Of a DNA stretch of 36,189 nucleotides, positions 17,281 through 26,378 are shown piece by piece. The translations under genes and the position numbers were made by a program. The notes beneath the pieces are model-generated. The model saw only the letters and a program-made list of their open reading frames with translations. It was not told where the DNA came from and made no database searches. Source of the stretch: PVC group bacterium (GTDB lineage Bacteria > Verrucomicrobiota > Kiritimatiellia > SS1-B-03-39 > UBA6053); assembly GCA_003565035.1 (NCBI GenBank), contig PXDP01000253.1, positions 1-36,189 of the forward strand. Reading direction: 5' to 3'. How positions within the stretch are numbered: the first letter of the stretch is position 1; each line of letters opens with the position of its first letter.

Positions 17281-20200
17281 TTGCGATCAACTCATCAGGA
17301 AAATTACAATGTGGATTTGAAAGCAGAGAAAAGATTGACTCATCCGAAACCATTGACAGCGTCTGGTATTTCAAATTTTATTTCCCGGGGATCTTTTTGG
17401 GCTCCTGAATATATGGCCCCAACCCGCTGGGTTGAACATACACCTTTTCTTTTTTGGCTTATGGGCATCCATCAGCCCCGGACGTTTGTGGAACTGGGGA
17501 CAGCCTTCGGCTACTCTTATTTTGCAGCATGTCAGGCTGTTTCCCGTTTATCGCTTCCCACAAAGTGTTTTGCAGTGGATTCCTGGCGGGGAGATGAACA
17601 GAATTCAAAAGAAGGAGAGTCCGTTTATACCCGCGTCCGTGGTTACAATGATCGGAATTTTAAAGCATTTTCCACGCTTATCCGCATGACCTTTGAGGAG
17701 GCCGCGGATAAATTTGAGGATGGCTCCATCGATTTGATGCATATTGACGCTCCGCAACACGCGGCTGAACTCAGGACGCTTCTCGATCTTTGGGCCCCCA
17801 AATTTTCGTCAAGAGCTCTGATTCTGTTTCATCATACTTCCTCACATCAGCCAGGCTCTGCCCTCCCCCAGTTCTTTAACGACCTGTCGGATACCTCCCC
17901 GTCGTTTCGGTTTACGCACGCTCAAGGACTTGTTGTTCTTGGGCATGGCCCGGACCAGCCGATGGAGGTACAGGTGCTTCTGTCACTCCCGGATCAGAGT
18001 CCTGCAGCGGAAGAGGTTCGAAACGCGTATATGCGGCTGGGCGAAAGCCTAGTCCTTCGTCTGGAACTGGAAGCCAGGAAACAGGACGTGGCATGTCAGG
18101 AACAAACACTCAGGGTACTGCAAGCACGTGTTGCTGATCAGGAAAAGGCACTGGTTGATATACGGCAAAGTATTGTCTGGCGGATCGCGAAGCCTTTTTA
18201 CTTTCTGAACTGGTTTTTTACAGGTGTATTGAGATGTCTCAAAAGGGGCCCCGTTTCTTTCCTTCGGGTGGTCGCTGCCTGGTTTCATGCGGTGAAGTGG
18301 AGCAAAATCTTATCAGAAGAGCCTCTTTTTAATGAGGGGTTTTATCGAAAACTCTACCCTGATCTTGCATTATTCTACTTTTCGCCAAGGCTTCACTATC
18401 TGCTGTATGGCTGGAGAGAGGACCGGGTAACGCATCCGCTGTTTGATTCGCTGTGGTACAGCCAACAAAATGCGGGCTGTCGCGGATGCCGCATGCCGCC
18501 ACTGATCCACTACACACGGTTTGGCCGGGCACAGGGACTGAATCCCAGCCCCTTATTTTCTGAAGTTTTACCCGATGAAGGGGTGCTTTCCGGGTTGGAC
18601 CTCAATATTCCTCTGTTCACCTCCGATGATCCTGCTGCCTACAAAAAGGCCGTTGTTTCGGAAGCCGAAAATATGTTTTCGGCATTTTTGAGACGAAATG
18701 AAAGGATGAATTTCGAAAGTACGGAAGCAGAAGCCAACGTCTCGATCCTTATCGTTCTATACAATCAGCCCGGTCTGACCTGGCTCTGTCTTCAGTCGTT
18801 GCTGAACCAGAAGACGCCGGGGGTTGAACTCATTTTGATCGATAACAATCCGTCCAATCCACAAACTGAAGCTCTGCTTGACAGGGTTGACGGGGCCAGA
18901 ATATTTCGGAATGCTGACAATCCTGGGTTTCTGCATGCCGTGAATCAGGGGGCGGAACATGCAAAAGGAAAATATCTTCTGTTGCTGAATAATGATGCCA
19001 TGATGTTGCCCGGCACTTTGGATGCCGCCATTTCACGGCTGAATCATACGCCGGATGCCGGGGCGGTTGGTGGTCCCATTCTCTCCTGGACCGGACACTT
19101 GCAGGAGGCCGGCTCTATTCTTTGGCGGGATGGCACCTGTCTGGGATACGGCCGTGGAGCGCGCCACTCAAACCCTGATTTTCAGTTTGTGCGGGATGTT
19201 GATTTCTGTTCCGGTGCTTTTCTCATGCTTCGGCGGAACCTGTTTGAAGACTTAGGGGGACTGGATCCAATTTATAAGCCTGCCTATTATGAGGACACCG
19301 ACTATTGTGTCCGTTTGTGGGAGGCCGGATACAGGGTGATATACGATCCCAAGGTCATTATCCGGCACTTTGAGTTTGCCGGATCAGGAAACGAGGCCAT
19401 GGCAAAAGCGCTCATCCACAAAAACTGTGCTGTTTTTCGAAAAAAGCATCGGACATTTCTTGAAGGTCAGTTTGAATACTCGCCCTGGATAGACCGAAAA
19501 GCCAGTACTAGACTGAGGGCTGACGGTAAGCGTATTTTGTTTATTGATGACCGTTTGCCTTATCCCTGGTATGGTTCAGGATTTCCACGGGCACACAAGT
19601 TTGTTGAAACGTTGGCGGAGTGTGGGCATGCGGTTTCTCTTTGCCCCATGCATCCAACCAACGGATACGACACAGACGATAACGTCATTTTCCCCGAAAC
19701 CCTCGAACTCCTCACTGATTATGTTGCGGGTTTGCCACGCCTTTTACAGGAGCGTCAGGGAATGTACGATATCATTGCGATCAGTCGGCCCCATAACATG
19801 AGCCATGTGATGTTTCTGATCCAGAATCACCCGGAGTGGTTTCGTGGTGCCACGATCATTTATGATGCAGAAGCCGTTTTTTCTTTGCGGGAAATCAGGC
19901 ATGCTGAGGTTCTTGGGCACCCTCTGACGAACGAACAGAAGCGTGAGAAAATCAGCGCAGAGCTTTCACTTGCGGCTTATGCGCAGAGTGTTCTGACCGT
20001 AACTCCAACGGAAGCCCAATTTTTCAGGGAAAATCTTCAGGTCCCTGTACACGTTATTCCCCATACTGCCGGTGAGATATCCCGGGACATACCATCATAT
20101 TTGGAGCGAACAGGTTTCTTATTTATCGGATATATTCAGAACGCCACCACTCCGAATGGCGACAGTCTTCGTTGGTTTGTTCAAGAGGTTTGGCCTAGTA

Positions 20201-20631
20201 TTCGACGTGTCATTGGGGAGCGGGCCTGCTTGAACATTGTGGGAGACTGTGAGCCTGAATTCGCCGCCGAACTGGCGGTTCCTGGTGTCGTCCTGCATGG
20301 AAAAGTCACGGATTTGGCGCCTTATTACGACAGGGCAAGGGTTTTCATTGCGCCCACCCGCTTCAGTGCGGGTCTTCCTCTGAAAGCCGTTGAGGCAGCG
20401 GCTAACGGTCTCCCGCTTGTGGTGTCCTCTCTCATTGCTAATCAACTTGGATGGCAGGATGAGATTATTTCTGCAGAGACCGCCAGCTCTTTTGCGGAAG
20501 CCTGTCTGCATCTGTATGCGAATGAAGCGGAGTGGCAGAACAACCAACAGATTTTGCAGAAAGCCGTCCGCCGCGATTACAGCCCTGAAGCCTTTACTGA
20601 ATCCGTTCGCGCGTGCCTATCCGAGATCTGA
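17281..20631 (+). CDS. multidomain glycan-synthesis protein: class-I SAM methyltransferase (Methyltransf_24-like) / coiled coil / HY..G..EGR-type repeats / GT2 / GT4-like (Glycos_transf_1)
   Basis: N-terminus: FLFWLMGIHQPRTFVELGTAFGYSYFAACQAV...AVDSWRGDE...IDLMHIDA. Coiled coil: LRLELEARKQDVACQEQTLRVLQARVADQEKALVDI. GT2: VSILIVLYNQPGLTWLCLQSLLNQ...LLLLNNDAMM...YYEDTDYCVRLWEAGYRVIY. C-terminus: FIAPTRFSAGLPLKAVEAAANGLPLVVS. The start is uncertain: TTG 17281 directly abuts the fusA stop, and GTG 17311 or ATG 17413 are alternatives. Confidence 0.8.
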   Translation: MRSTHQENYNVDLKAEKRLTHPKPLTASGISNFISRGSFWAPEYMAPTRWVEHTPFLFWLMGIHQPRTFVELGTAFGYSYFAACQAVSRLSLPTKCFAVDSWRGDEQNSKEGESVYTRVRGYNDRNFKAFSTLIRMTFEEAADKFEDGSIDLMHIDAPQHAAELRTLLDLWAPKFSSRALILFHHTSSHQPGSALPQFFNDLSDTSPSFRFTHAQGLVVLGHGPDQPMEVQVLLSLPDQSPAAEEVRNAYMRLGESLVLRLELEARKQDVACQEQTLRVLQARVADQEKALVDIRQSIVWRIAKPFYFLNWFFTGVLRCLKRGPVSFLRVVAAWFHAVKWSKILSEEPLFNEGFYRKLYPDLALFYFSPRLHYLLYGWREDRVTHPLFDSLWYSQQNAGCRGCRMPPLIHYTRFGRAQGLNPSPLFSEVLPDEGVLSGLDLNIPLFTSDDPAAYKKAVVSEAENMFSAFLRRNERMNFESTEAEANVSILIVLYNQPGLTWLCLQSLLNQKTPGVELILIDNNPSNPQTEALLDRVDGARIFRNADNPGFLHAVNQGAEHAKGKYLLLLNNDAMMLPGTLDAAISRLNHTPDAGAVGGPILSWTGHLQEAGSILWRDGTCLGYGRGARHSNPDFQFVRDVDFCSGAFLMLRRNLFEDLGGLDPIYKPAYYEDTDYCVRLWEAGYRVIYDPKVIIRHFEFAGSGNEAMAKALIHKNCAVFRKKHRTFLEGQFEYSPWIDRKASTRLRADGKRILFIDDRLPYPWYGSGFPRAHKFVETLAECGHAVSLCPMHPTNGYDTDDNVIFPETLELLTDYVAGLPRLLQERQGMYDIIAISRPHNMSHVMFLIQNHPEWFRGATIIYDAEAVFSLREIRHAEVLGHPLTNEQKREKISAELSLAAYAQSVLTVTPTEAQFFRENLQVPVHVIPHTAGEISRDIPSYLERTGFLFIGYIQNATTPNGDSLRWFVQEVWPSIRRVIGERACLNIVGDCEPEFAAELAVPGVVLHGKVTDLAPYYDRARVFIAPTRFSAGLPLKAVEAAANGLPLVVSSLIANQLGWQDEIISAETASSFAEACLHLYANEAEWQNNQQILQKAVRRDYSPEAFTESVRACLSEI

Positions 20632-20635
20632 CCTT

Positions 20636-22168
20636 ATGCCTGCCGCCTCCTTTCAAAACTCATCACACCCAATGCCCTCGGCGAGATCGCCGCTGTTTTT
20701 TCTTCACATTCCAAAAGCGGCGGGAACCAGTCTACGTGTCGCCCTCGAAAATGCGCTTGGCGGCAGATTGGTACACCTGTACGATGATCATCCCGGCTGC
20801 AGGGCCGGACAGGTGATGTCACGGCAACTCCCCGATGATGTTGTGATCTACGGACATTACAACGTGGGGCTTCACCGCCGTTTTCATCAGTCTCCCCGCT
20901 ACGCCACCGTTGTTCGTCCTCCAGTTGAACGGGTATTGTCGTGGTATAATTTTCAAAGGTCAAACCCTGCACTTGCCTACTATGATGCGGTTAGGAAAAC
21001 TTCTCTTCCTGACCTTCTGAAGGCAAACGCCTTTAAGGAGCTCCGGAATCATATGACTGGGATGATTGCCGGCCGCAAGCCGCGTGGGCCCGATGATTTG
21101 GAGACTCTGTCTTTGGCAAAAACCCATTTGGTGGAATATTTTGAGTTTGTCTCCACAACAAACCATTTGACGGAAGACTTCCACGCGCTTGAAGCACTGC
21201 TTGGACTTACACTCCCGTCTCTTCCCCGCGTAAATGTCACTCCGGTTTCCGACCATGCTGCGGATCTGAAGGCCTGCGGGGAGGTCATCCGGGAATTTAA
21301 TCAATTGGACATTGAATTATATGATTTTATTCTGTCTTTTCGCGAGAAGAAACGACGGGCCTCCCTGCCACCCCCATTAGGAGAACGCTTCATGAAACCG
21401 ACCTTTACAGCTCACAACATCCTACTTGACTCAGGCGAGACCACGCGTCCGGACATGCCGGCCACTATGGAATCCGATCTCAGATTTCAGGCCGCGCGCA
21501 GGGTTCTGGAAACCGTTTTTCCCGGAGACAAAAGTCAATTGCGTCTTGCCGATCTGGGCTGTCTTGAAGGAGGATATGCCGTGGAGTTCGCCCGTATGGG
21601 ATTTCAGGTGCTTGGCCTGGAAGTCCGGGACTCGAATATCGCGGCATGTCGTTATGTGAAAAATCATACCAACCTTTCAAATCTTTCGTTCGTGCAGGAC
21701 GACGTATGGAACATCACGCGGCATGGGCATTTCGACGCGGTGTTTTGTTGCGGACTGTTGTATCATCTCGACCGACCCGCCGCTTTTTTAAACCAACTCG
21801 CCGCCGTCACCACAAAGCTGGTGATTCTTCAAACGCATTTTTCTCCGTCCAACGAAGAAAAAAAGGAGCGGGCTGTCCGCTTCCCACTGTCTGAACCCGA
21901 ATGTCACGAAGGCCTTGAAGGCCGCTGGTACACTGAATTTGAGCAGGCCCCCACAGCTGAGCAACGCGAGGAGGCCAAATGGTCTTCCTGGGAGAATTCC
22001 CGGTCTTTCTGGCCCCGGCGGGAGTTTTTGTTACAGGCGATTCGAAATGCGGGGTTTGATCTTGTTTTAGAGCAGTTCGATTCTCTTGGGCCCGGCATCG
22101 CGGAGTCGTTGATCAATGGCGAATACAAGACAGACTGCTGCGGAACCTTTATCGGTATTAAAACCTGA
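20636..22168 (+). CDS. fusion protein: Sulfotransfer_2-like sulfotransferase (N) + class-I SAM methyltransferase (C)
   Basis: ATG 20636 lies 4 nt after the previous stop; I rejected the track start at 20390. The 5'-PSB-like loop is FFLHIPKAAGTSL and the 3'-PB-like motif is VVRPPVERVLSWY. The C-terminal half has LRLADLGCLEGGYAVEFARMGFQVLGLEV (motif I) and FDAVFCCGLLYHLDRP. Confidence 0.8.
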   Translation: MPAASFQNSSHPMPSARSPLFFLHIPKAAGTSLRVALENALGGRLVHLYDDHPGCRAGQVMSRQLPDDVVIYGHYNVGLHRRFHQSPRYATVVRPPVERVLSWYNFQRSNPALAYYDAVRKTSLPDLLKANAFKELRNHMTGMIAGRKPRGPDDLETLSLAKTHLVEYFEFVSTTNHLTEDFHALEALLGLTLPSLPRVNVTPVSDHAADLKACGEVIREFNQLDIELYDFILSFREKKRRASLPPPLGERFMKPTFTAHNILLDSGETTRPDMPATMESDLRFQAARRVLETVFPGDKSQLRLADLGCLEGGYAVEFARMGFQVLGLEVRDSNIAACRYVKNHTNLSNLSFVQDDVWNITRHGHFDAVFCCGLLYHLDRPAAFLNQLAAVTTKLVILQTHFSPSNEEKKERAVRFPLSEPECHEGLEGRWYTEFEQAPTAEQREEAKWSSWENSRSFWPRREFLLQAIRNAGFDLVLEQFDSLGPGIAESLINGEYKTDCCGTFIGIKT

Positions 22169-22331
22169 TAACGTACGCACATCACAATGGGTGGTTTTAC
22201 GTCGTAACTGGAACTGTCCCAGTTGCAGAATCTGATTTCGGGCTAAAAAATATCAAAGCTGCGGATAGCTTCGACAACGATGGGTCCGACGTTTCATCCA
22301 TTGAGCGTTGCGCCCTACTGGAGCAAGTATG

Positions 22332-24371
22332 TTAAAACAGCCGGGTCAGTAAAAACAGGGCGAAGACGATCCAGAAGGCGCGGATCAGCCACCAGACACG
22401 GTCCCGTTTAAAGGTGCTGTCTTCTGGAAAAGGCGGCTTGGAGGTGAAGGCGATCCGCTGTGCCCGGCTGAGTCGCATTCGCAAATTAATGGCCCAGCCG
22501 GTGCCTTCCAGCAGAACGCTGAGATCACGTCGGCTCAGGCGGATGGCGGCAATCAGAGCGCTGGGAATAAACACTGCCAAAACGGCGACCAGCAGGCCTC
22601 CCAGAATTTGCGGCAAAGTGAGGCCGGCAAAGGTTTTGGTCATGAAGGCCAGCGACGAGCCCATGGCGGCGATGGCAATGCCTCCGCCGGCCAGCATTTG
22701 GCCGGGGGCCGCATTCGGGGGCGGCGCTGCCGGAGGAGGCGGCGCGGCAATCGCCTGTTCGGCAGACTGATCCAGGTTTTTCTCGGCGGTCTGGGTCATA
22801 CCCTCCACTTTCCGGGTCAGTGCCGCGCCGATCCGCTGAAAAGGGGCGGCCATGGCTTCCGTGAGGCTGATCGGATTGTCGGTGATGTGGACAATCGTGG
22901 CAAACCATTCGGTTCCATCCACATGCTGGAAGAGGCCGTGTTTGCCAACGCGCAGATTTCCCTGACGGCCGGAGGTGGCCGGCACGGCAATTTCCCGGGT
23001 GCCGGGCTGACGCGGGTGCTCAAGTGTCAGGATCATGATAAACATGGTCCCGCCTTCAATTCCCTTCAAATACCGGGCCCGGTCCGGAACCCGGATGGCG
23101 AGATTGAAACGTCGTCCGTCAAGAATCAGTGAGCCCTCTTCAAACGCGGCCCGCTGATCGGAGGCGTAGAGTTTGGGGAAGCTGATGAAGTTATTGGCGA
23201 ATTCCAGCAGATGAGCCTGAAAGAGGATCATTTTTTCGGCGAGGCGCACCTGCGAGAGATCCACCGCTGCATGCACCTGGGTGTGGATGAGCTTTCGGAC
23301 TTCGGCCACATGAGGACTGGAAAGCATTGCGGCGAGTTCCGTACGGGAAAGCCCGGCCAGGTGGGGCGCAGGTTCCGCCTGTTTCCAGGCGGCGTAGCGT
23401 TCGAAGGCCTCTTTGACGCGCTGCCAGTCGGCCCGGGTGAGCACTTCATCCGTTTTATCAAACAGAGGAATCAGAATCTCAGCCCGAAGCGCGTGAAGCG
23501 GGCGGGCATAGGCCGGATTCATACGATTGTCCATTCGAAGAATGCCTTCAGGATTGGGCTTGGCGGGGGGGGACTGTTTCAACGCGCTGTCGCTTGCATG
23601 CGCCGTGGCGGTGGAATCGCTTGCAGGGACAGGCGGCCAAAGGGTTCCGGCGGCATCCGGATTCATGGACACCCAGTCGCACAGCGCGAAAAAACGGTCA
23701 AGCCTGTCGCGAAGATCCATATACACTTCAAACGCGGGGGCTGTTTTTTCGCCCAGGGGCAGCACCTCGGAGCGTTCTGATTCACCGGCCAGCACCAGCC
23801 AGTCCAGCCGCTTTTGGCCTGATGTGAGAAACGTTTTCAGGGTGGCTTCATCAACCCCCGGGTTTCCGGAGGGGTGCGCACCTCCCGGCACCAGCGACAA
23901 AAGCCGTTCCATCCAGGTTTTAACTTTCTCATTTTCCGCTGCCGCCGGAAGCACCACTCCGGCCTCACTGACCGGGCTGGCTTCCAGCCGCTCCCGCCAT
24001 TTTCGGATTTTTGAGAGCGATACCGCCGCATCCTCTCCACGGATTCTTTCCAGAAGCGGAAGAACCTTTTTACAGTCAGGGTGATCCGGATTCAAGCTGT
24101 CAGGCCGCAGTTCTCTTGAACCGGAAGAGAAACCCTCCATGGAGCGGAAGCGTTCACGGACCCAGGATGCACCCGCTTTAAGTTCTCCTGCCTTGACGCG
24201 GCGGTCCTGATCGATGTCCAGACACTGCAGGAACACCGGATCCATGCGGAAGGCCTCCAGGGGGGCACTGGTGGCCACCCACAGACTTTCGTCCAGTGCG
24301 CATGCCTCCAGAAAATCTTCCGCTGTCTTCAGTTGGGGGTGGTATGCCTGACCCTGTAAATTGAATTGCAT
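22332..24371 (-). CDS. hypothetical membrane protein with N-terminal EF-hand-like loop and C-terminal TM helices
   Basis: 679 aa. The 12-residue loop DIDQDRRVKAGE (aa 52-63) fits D-x-D-x-D-x-x-V-x-x-x-E. The C-terminus has a Pro/Ala-rich spacer followed by hydrophobic helices (GGGIAIAAMGSSLAFM, LGGLLVAVLAVFIPSALIAAI, VWWLIRAFWIVFALFLLT). Confidence 0.6.
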   Translation of the reverse strand: MQFNLQGQAYHPQLKTAEDFLEACALDESLWVATSAPLEAFRMDPVFLQCLDIDQDRRVKAGELKAGASWVRERFRSMEGFSSGSRELRPDSLNPDHPDCKKVLPLLERIRGEDAAVSLSKIRKWRERLEASPVSEAGVVLPAAAENEKVKTWMERLLSLVPGGAHPSGNPGVDEATLKTFLTSGQKRLDWLVLAGESERSEVLPLGEKTAPAFEVYMDLRDRLDRFFALCDWVSMNPDAAGTLWPPVPASDSTATAHASDSALKQSPPAKPNPEGILRMDNRMNPAYARPLHALRAEILIPLFDKTDEVLTRADWQRVKEAFERYAAWKQAEPAPHLAGLSRTELAAMLSSPHVAEVRKLIHTQVHAAVDLSQVRLAEKMILFQAHLLEFANNFISFPKLYASDQRAAFEEGSLILDGRRFNLAIRVPDRARYLKGIEGGTMFIMILTLEHPRQPGTREIAVPATSGRQGNLRVGKHGLFQHVDGTEWFATIVHITDNPISLTEAMAAPFQRIGAALTRKVEGMTQTAEKNLDQSAEQAIAAPPPPAAPPPNAAPGQMLAGGGIAIAAMGSSLAFMTKTFAGLTLPQILGGLLVAVLAVFIPSALIAAIRLSRRDLSVLLEGTGWAINLRMRLSRAQRIAFTSKPPFPEDSTFKRDRVWWLIRAFWIVFALFLLTRLF

Positions 24372-24471
24372 GGGTTGAGAATGAGAAGGAACTTGGCCTT
24401 GGTCAATGTTTAATCAAATCTAACCCCCTGAAAAGTGCCTTCCCGGCATTCGGGACAACAGAAATTGACCC

Positions 24472-25653
24472 TCAAAGCAGTTCGATGTGAACAAGATCAT
24501 CGTTCATGACCGGTCCCGGAGGGGGGGCGGGCCGCATGGGCATCCCGAAAAGCGGCACGCGTTCGAGTTCCAGCTCAAACGTTGAAGCGGAAAACCGGTC
24601 CAGATCAGATTGCCGAAAAGGGTGCAATGTAAACAGGGGGAGAACGGGACGGCCATTCTCTGTCTCGCGGTAGCGGGTCTGCTGATTCTGAACCAGCAGC
24701 AGTCCGCCCACATGACCGCCCGGATTTTCACCGATGATCAGGTCGATGCGGTGGGGGCGGTTTTGCAGGGGAACCCAGTCACCATAGACCAAATTGCGTG
24801 AAAGAAGTCCTCGATGGTTAAAGCGTTGCTGCGGGCGCCAGTCGGTAGCAGGCTGTCCCCAATTGGACTCCAGGACCACCTCTCCGTCGATCATCACAAT
24901 AATCACATCATCGAAATCCCCCACGAACCGGAAGGTTCCCGGGGCAGAGGGTTGAATATAGCCCTGATAGTGCACCACCCAGCCGCGGGGTTCCATGTAG
25001 TCGGCGACGCCAAAGGCCTCCGGGGCGCCATCGGCCGGGGTTCGGGGAATAAACAGGTGAGACAATCGCAATTGTTTCGGCACCCGGTAAAAATTATGCA
25101 TAACTTCACCCGAAAATCCTGCGTCAATCATGCGGCGGAGATCGGGTGAAAACGAGAAGCGGCGGGCTTCGCCGGCGCGGTTTCGCTTTAAATCATATAG
25201 CGTTCCGACCAGATCATTTCCGGAACCGCCTTCGCCACCGAACCCGCGGATTCCCCCGCCGGCCGGCACGCCATGTTCGGCACCCAGCAGGCTTAATGGA
25301 CTGACAATATCGGTGAGCAAAAGGGCCAATTGATCCAAATCCGCAGTGGCTGGTGTATCCACCAACTCCGGTTCGGGGTCAAATGAATTGTCCAGCTCAA
25401 AGAAAGGGTCTTTGAAGGTTACAAACTCATCCGGAGAAATCATTTCTGACAAATCCTTGATAATTTCCACCTCAAGGTCCACGATTTCCTCTGGGACCGA
25501 GGCTTCGATCACTTTGGTCACCATTTGGGGGGTGGTGCGGTGGGGTTCATGCGTCATATAGAAGACAATGGCCGCAAAAAGGGCCGCATTCACCAGAACA
25601 GAAATGCCAACGCTCATCCAATGATCCAATTTCATTCGGTTTTCCACGTTCAT
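24472..25653 (-). CDS. N-terminally anchored protein with acidic linker and PA14-like C-terminal domain
   Basis: ATG 25653 (MNVENRMKLDHWMSVGISVLVNAALFAAIVFYM, TM segment). GWVVHYQGYIQPSAPGTFRFVGDFDDVIIVMIDGEVVLES matches the PA14 core pattern. Confidence 0.6.
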   Translation of the reverse strand: MNVENRMKLDHWMSVGISVLVNAALFAAIVFYMTHEPHRTTPQMVTKVIEASVPEEIVDLEVEIIKDLSEMISPDEFVTFKDPFFELDNSFDPEPELVDTPATADLDQLALLLTDIVSPLSLLGAEHGVPAGGGIRGFGGEGGSGNDLVGTLYDLKRNRAGEARRFSFSPDLRRMIDAGFSGEVMHNFYRVPKQLRLSHLFIPRTPADGAPEAFGVADYMEPRGWVVHYQGYIQPSAPGTFRFVGDFDDVIIVMIDGEVVLESNWGQPATDWRPQQRFNHRGLLSRNLVYGDWVPLQNRPHRIDLIIGENPGGHVGGLLLVQNQQTRYRETENGRPVLPLFTLHPFRQSDLDRFSASTFELELERVPLFGMPMRPAPPPGPVMNDDLVHIELL

Positions 25654-25787
25654 GATCGACTCCTTTATGTTGAAATGCGCAAATAAGTTACACACCCCAA
25701 CCGAAAAAGTTTAACGAAACGTTGCTTTTAATCTTCAACCCATGTTGGACCCCTTTTCTGGAACCGTTGTTGAAGAAACGGCATCAT

Positions 25788-26222
25788 TTATTCCTCCGCA
25801 AACCAGGCCCAGTCGTAAACGGGTTCCTCCGGCTGTGTAAAGTCGGGGAAATTCTCTCCGGCGGACCGTTGAATTCCCCACAGCTCCACACGAAGAAATT
25901 GGCCGGGTGCGGGGTGAGGCCGGGCGGACTGAACACGGAGCGTCATCGGTATGCGCTCCCGGACCAACATTTCGATTTGCGGGCGATACCGCGCCGGGAT
26001 GTAGCCAATTTTTGTTTCCTGCCAATACACCGCCCTGTCTGCGGGGCGGTCTCGGGTCCCCTCTGCCGGATCATCGGCTTGAATCCGTAATTCGCTGCCT
26101 GTTGGAGGCAGGGTTTCGACCGGCATTCCGGCAAGATCAAAGGATGCCAGAAGAATTTCCCCGGCAGGAATGGGCAGCACGGTGAAAAGAATTGCGACTG
26201 CGGGTGTGAGAAATGATTTCAT
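25788..26222 (-). CDS. hypothetical small exported protein
   Basis: 144 aa. N-terminus MKSFLTPAVAILFTVLPIPAGE is signal-like. No family recognised. Confidence 0.45.
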   Translation of the reverse strand: MKSFLTPAVAILFTVLPIPAGEILLASFDLAGMPVETLPPTGSELRIQADDPAEGTRDRPADRAVYWQETKIGYIPARYRPQIEMLVRERIPMTLRVQSARPHPAPGQFLRVELWGIQRSAGENFPDFTQPEEPVYDWAWFAEE

Positions 26223-26378
26223 GATATGACCTTTCGGTGGGGGTGAAGAATTGTCCTGTACAATTCCCTACACCCCGGTCACATCCGTAATTCCGGAAAA
26301 AATTATTTTTTTTTCGTCTATCTGGCCGAAGAACCCCTCCCTCACCTCTAAGCGGGCTTTTTTTACGCCGTCACTTTC

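Noticed and set aside
20390-20635. Upstream extension of the sulfotransferase ORF (track start 20390)
   Set aside because: It would overlap the last 240 nt of the glycosyltransferase gene. ATG 20636 sits 4 nt after that gene's stop, and the conserved sulfotransferase PSB loop begins about 20 residues later.
17305-22194. Short similar sequences at the island edges (TACAATGTGG at 17305-17314; CACAATGGGTGG at 22183-22194) as possible att-like direct repeats
   Set aside because: Only about 6+4 nt are shared, with an indel, which is well within chance expectation. No integrase or tRNA is nearby.
22206-22224. Hairpin AACTGG-7nt-CCAGTT downstream of the sulfotransferase-methyltransferase gene as a terminator
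   Set aside because: The stem is only 6 bp, is AT-containing, and has no following U tract.
24472-25653. Possible missing TonB for the ExbBD cluster (N-terminal anchor plus linker topology)
   Set aside because: The linker is acidic, not Pro-rich. The C-terminal domain looks PA14-like, not a TonB C-terminal domain. The gene is 10 kb away on the opposite strand.
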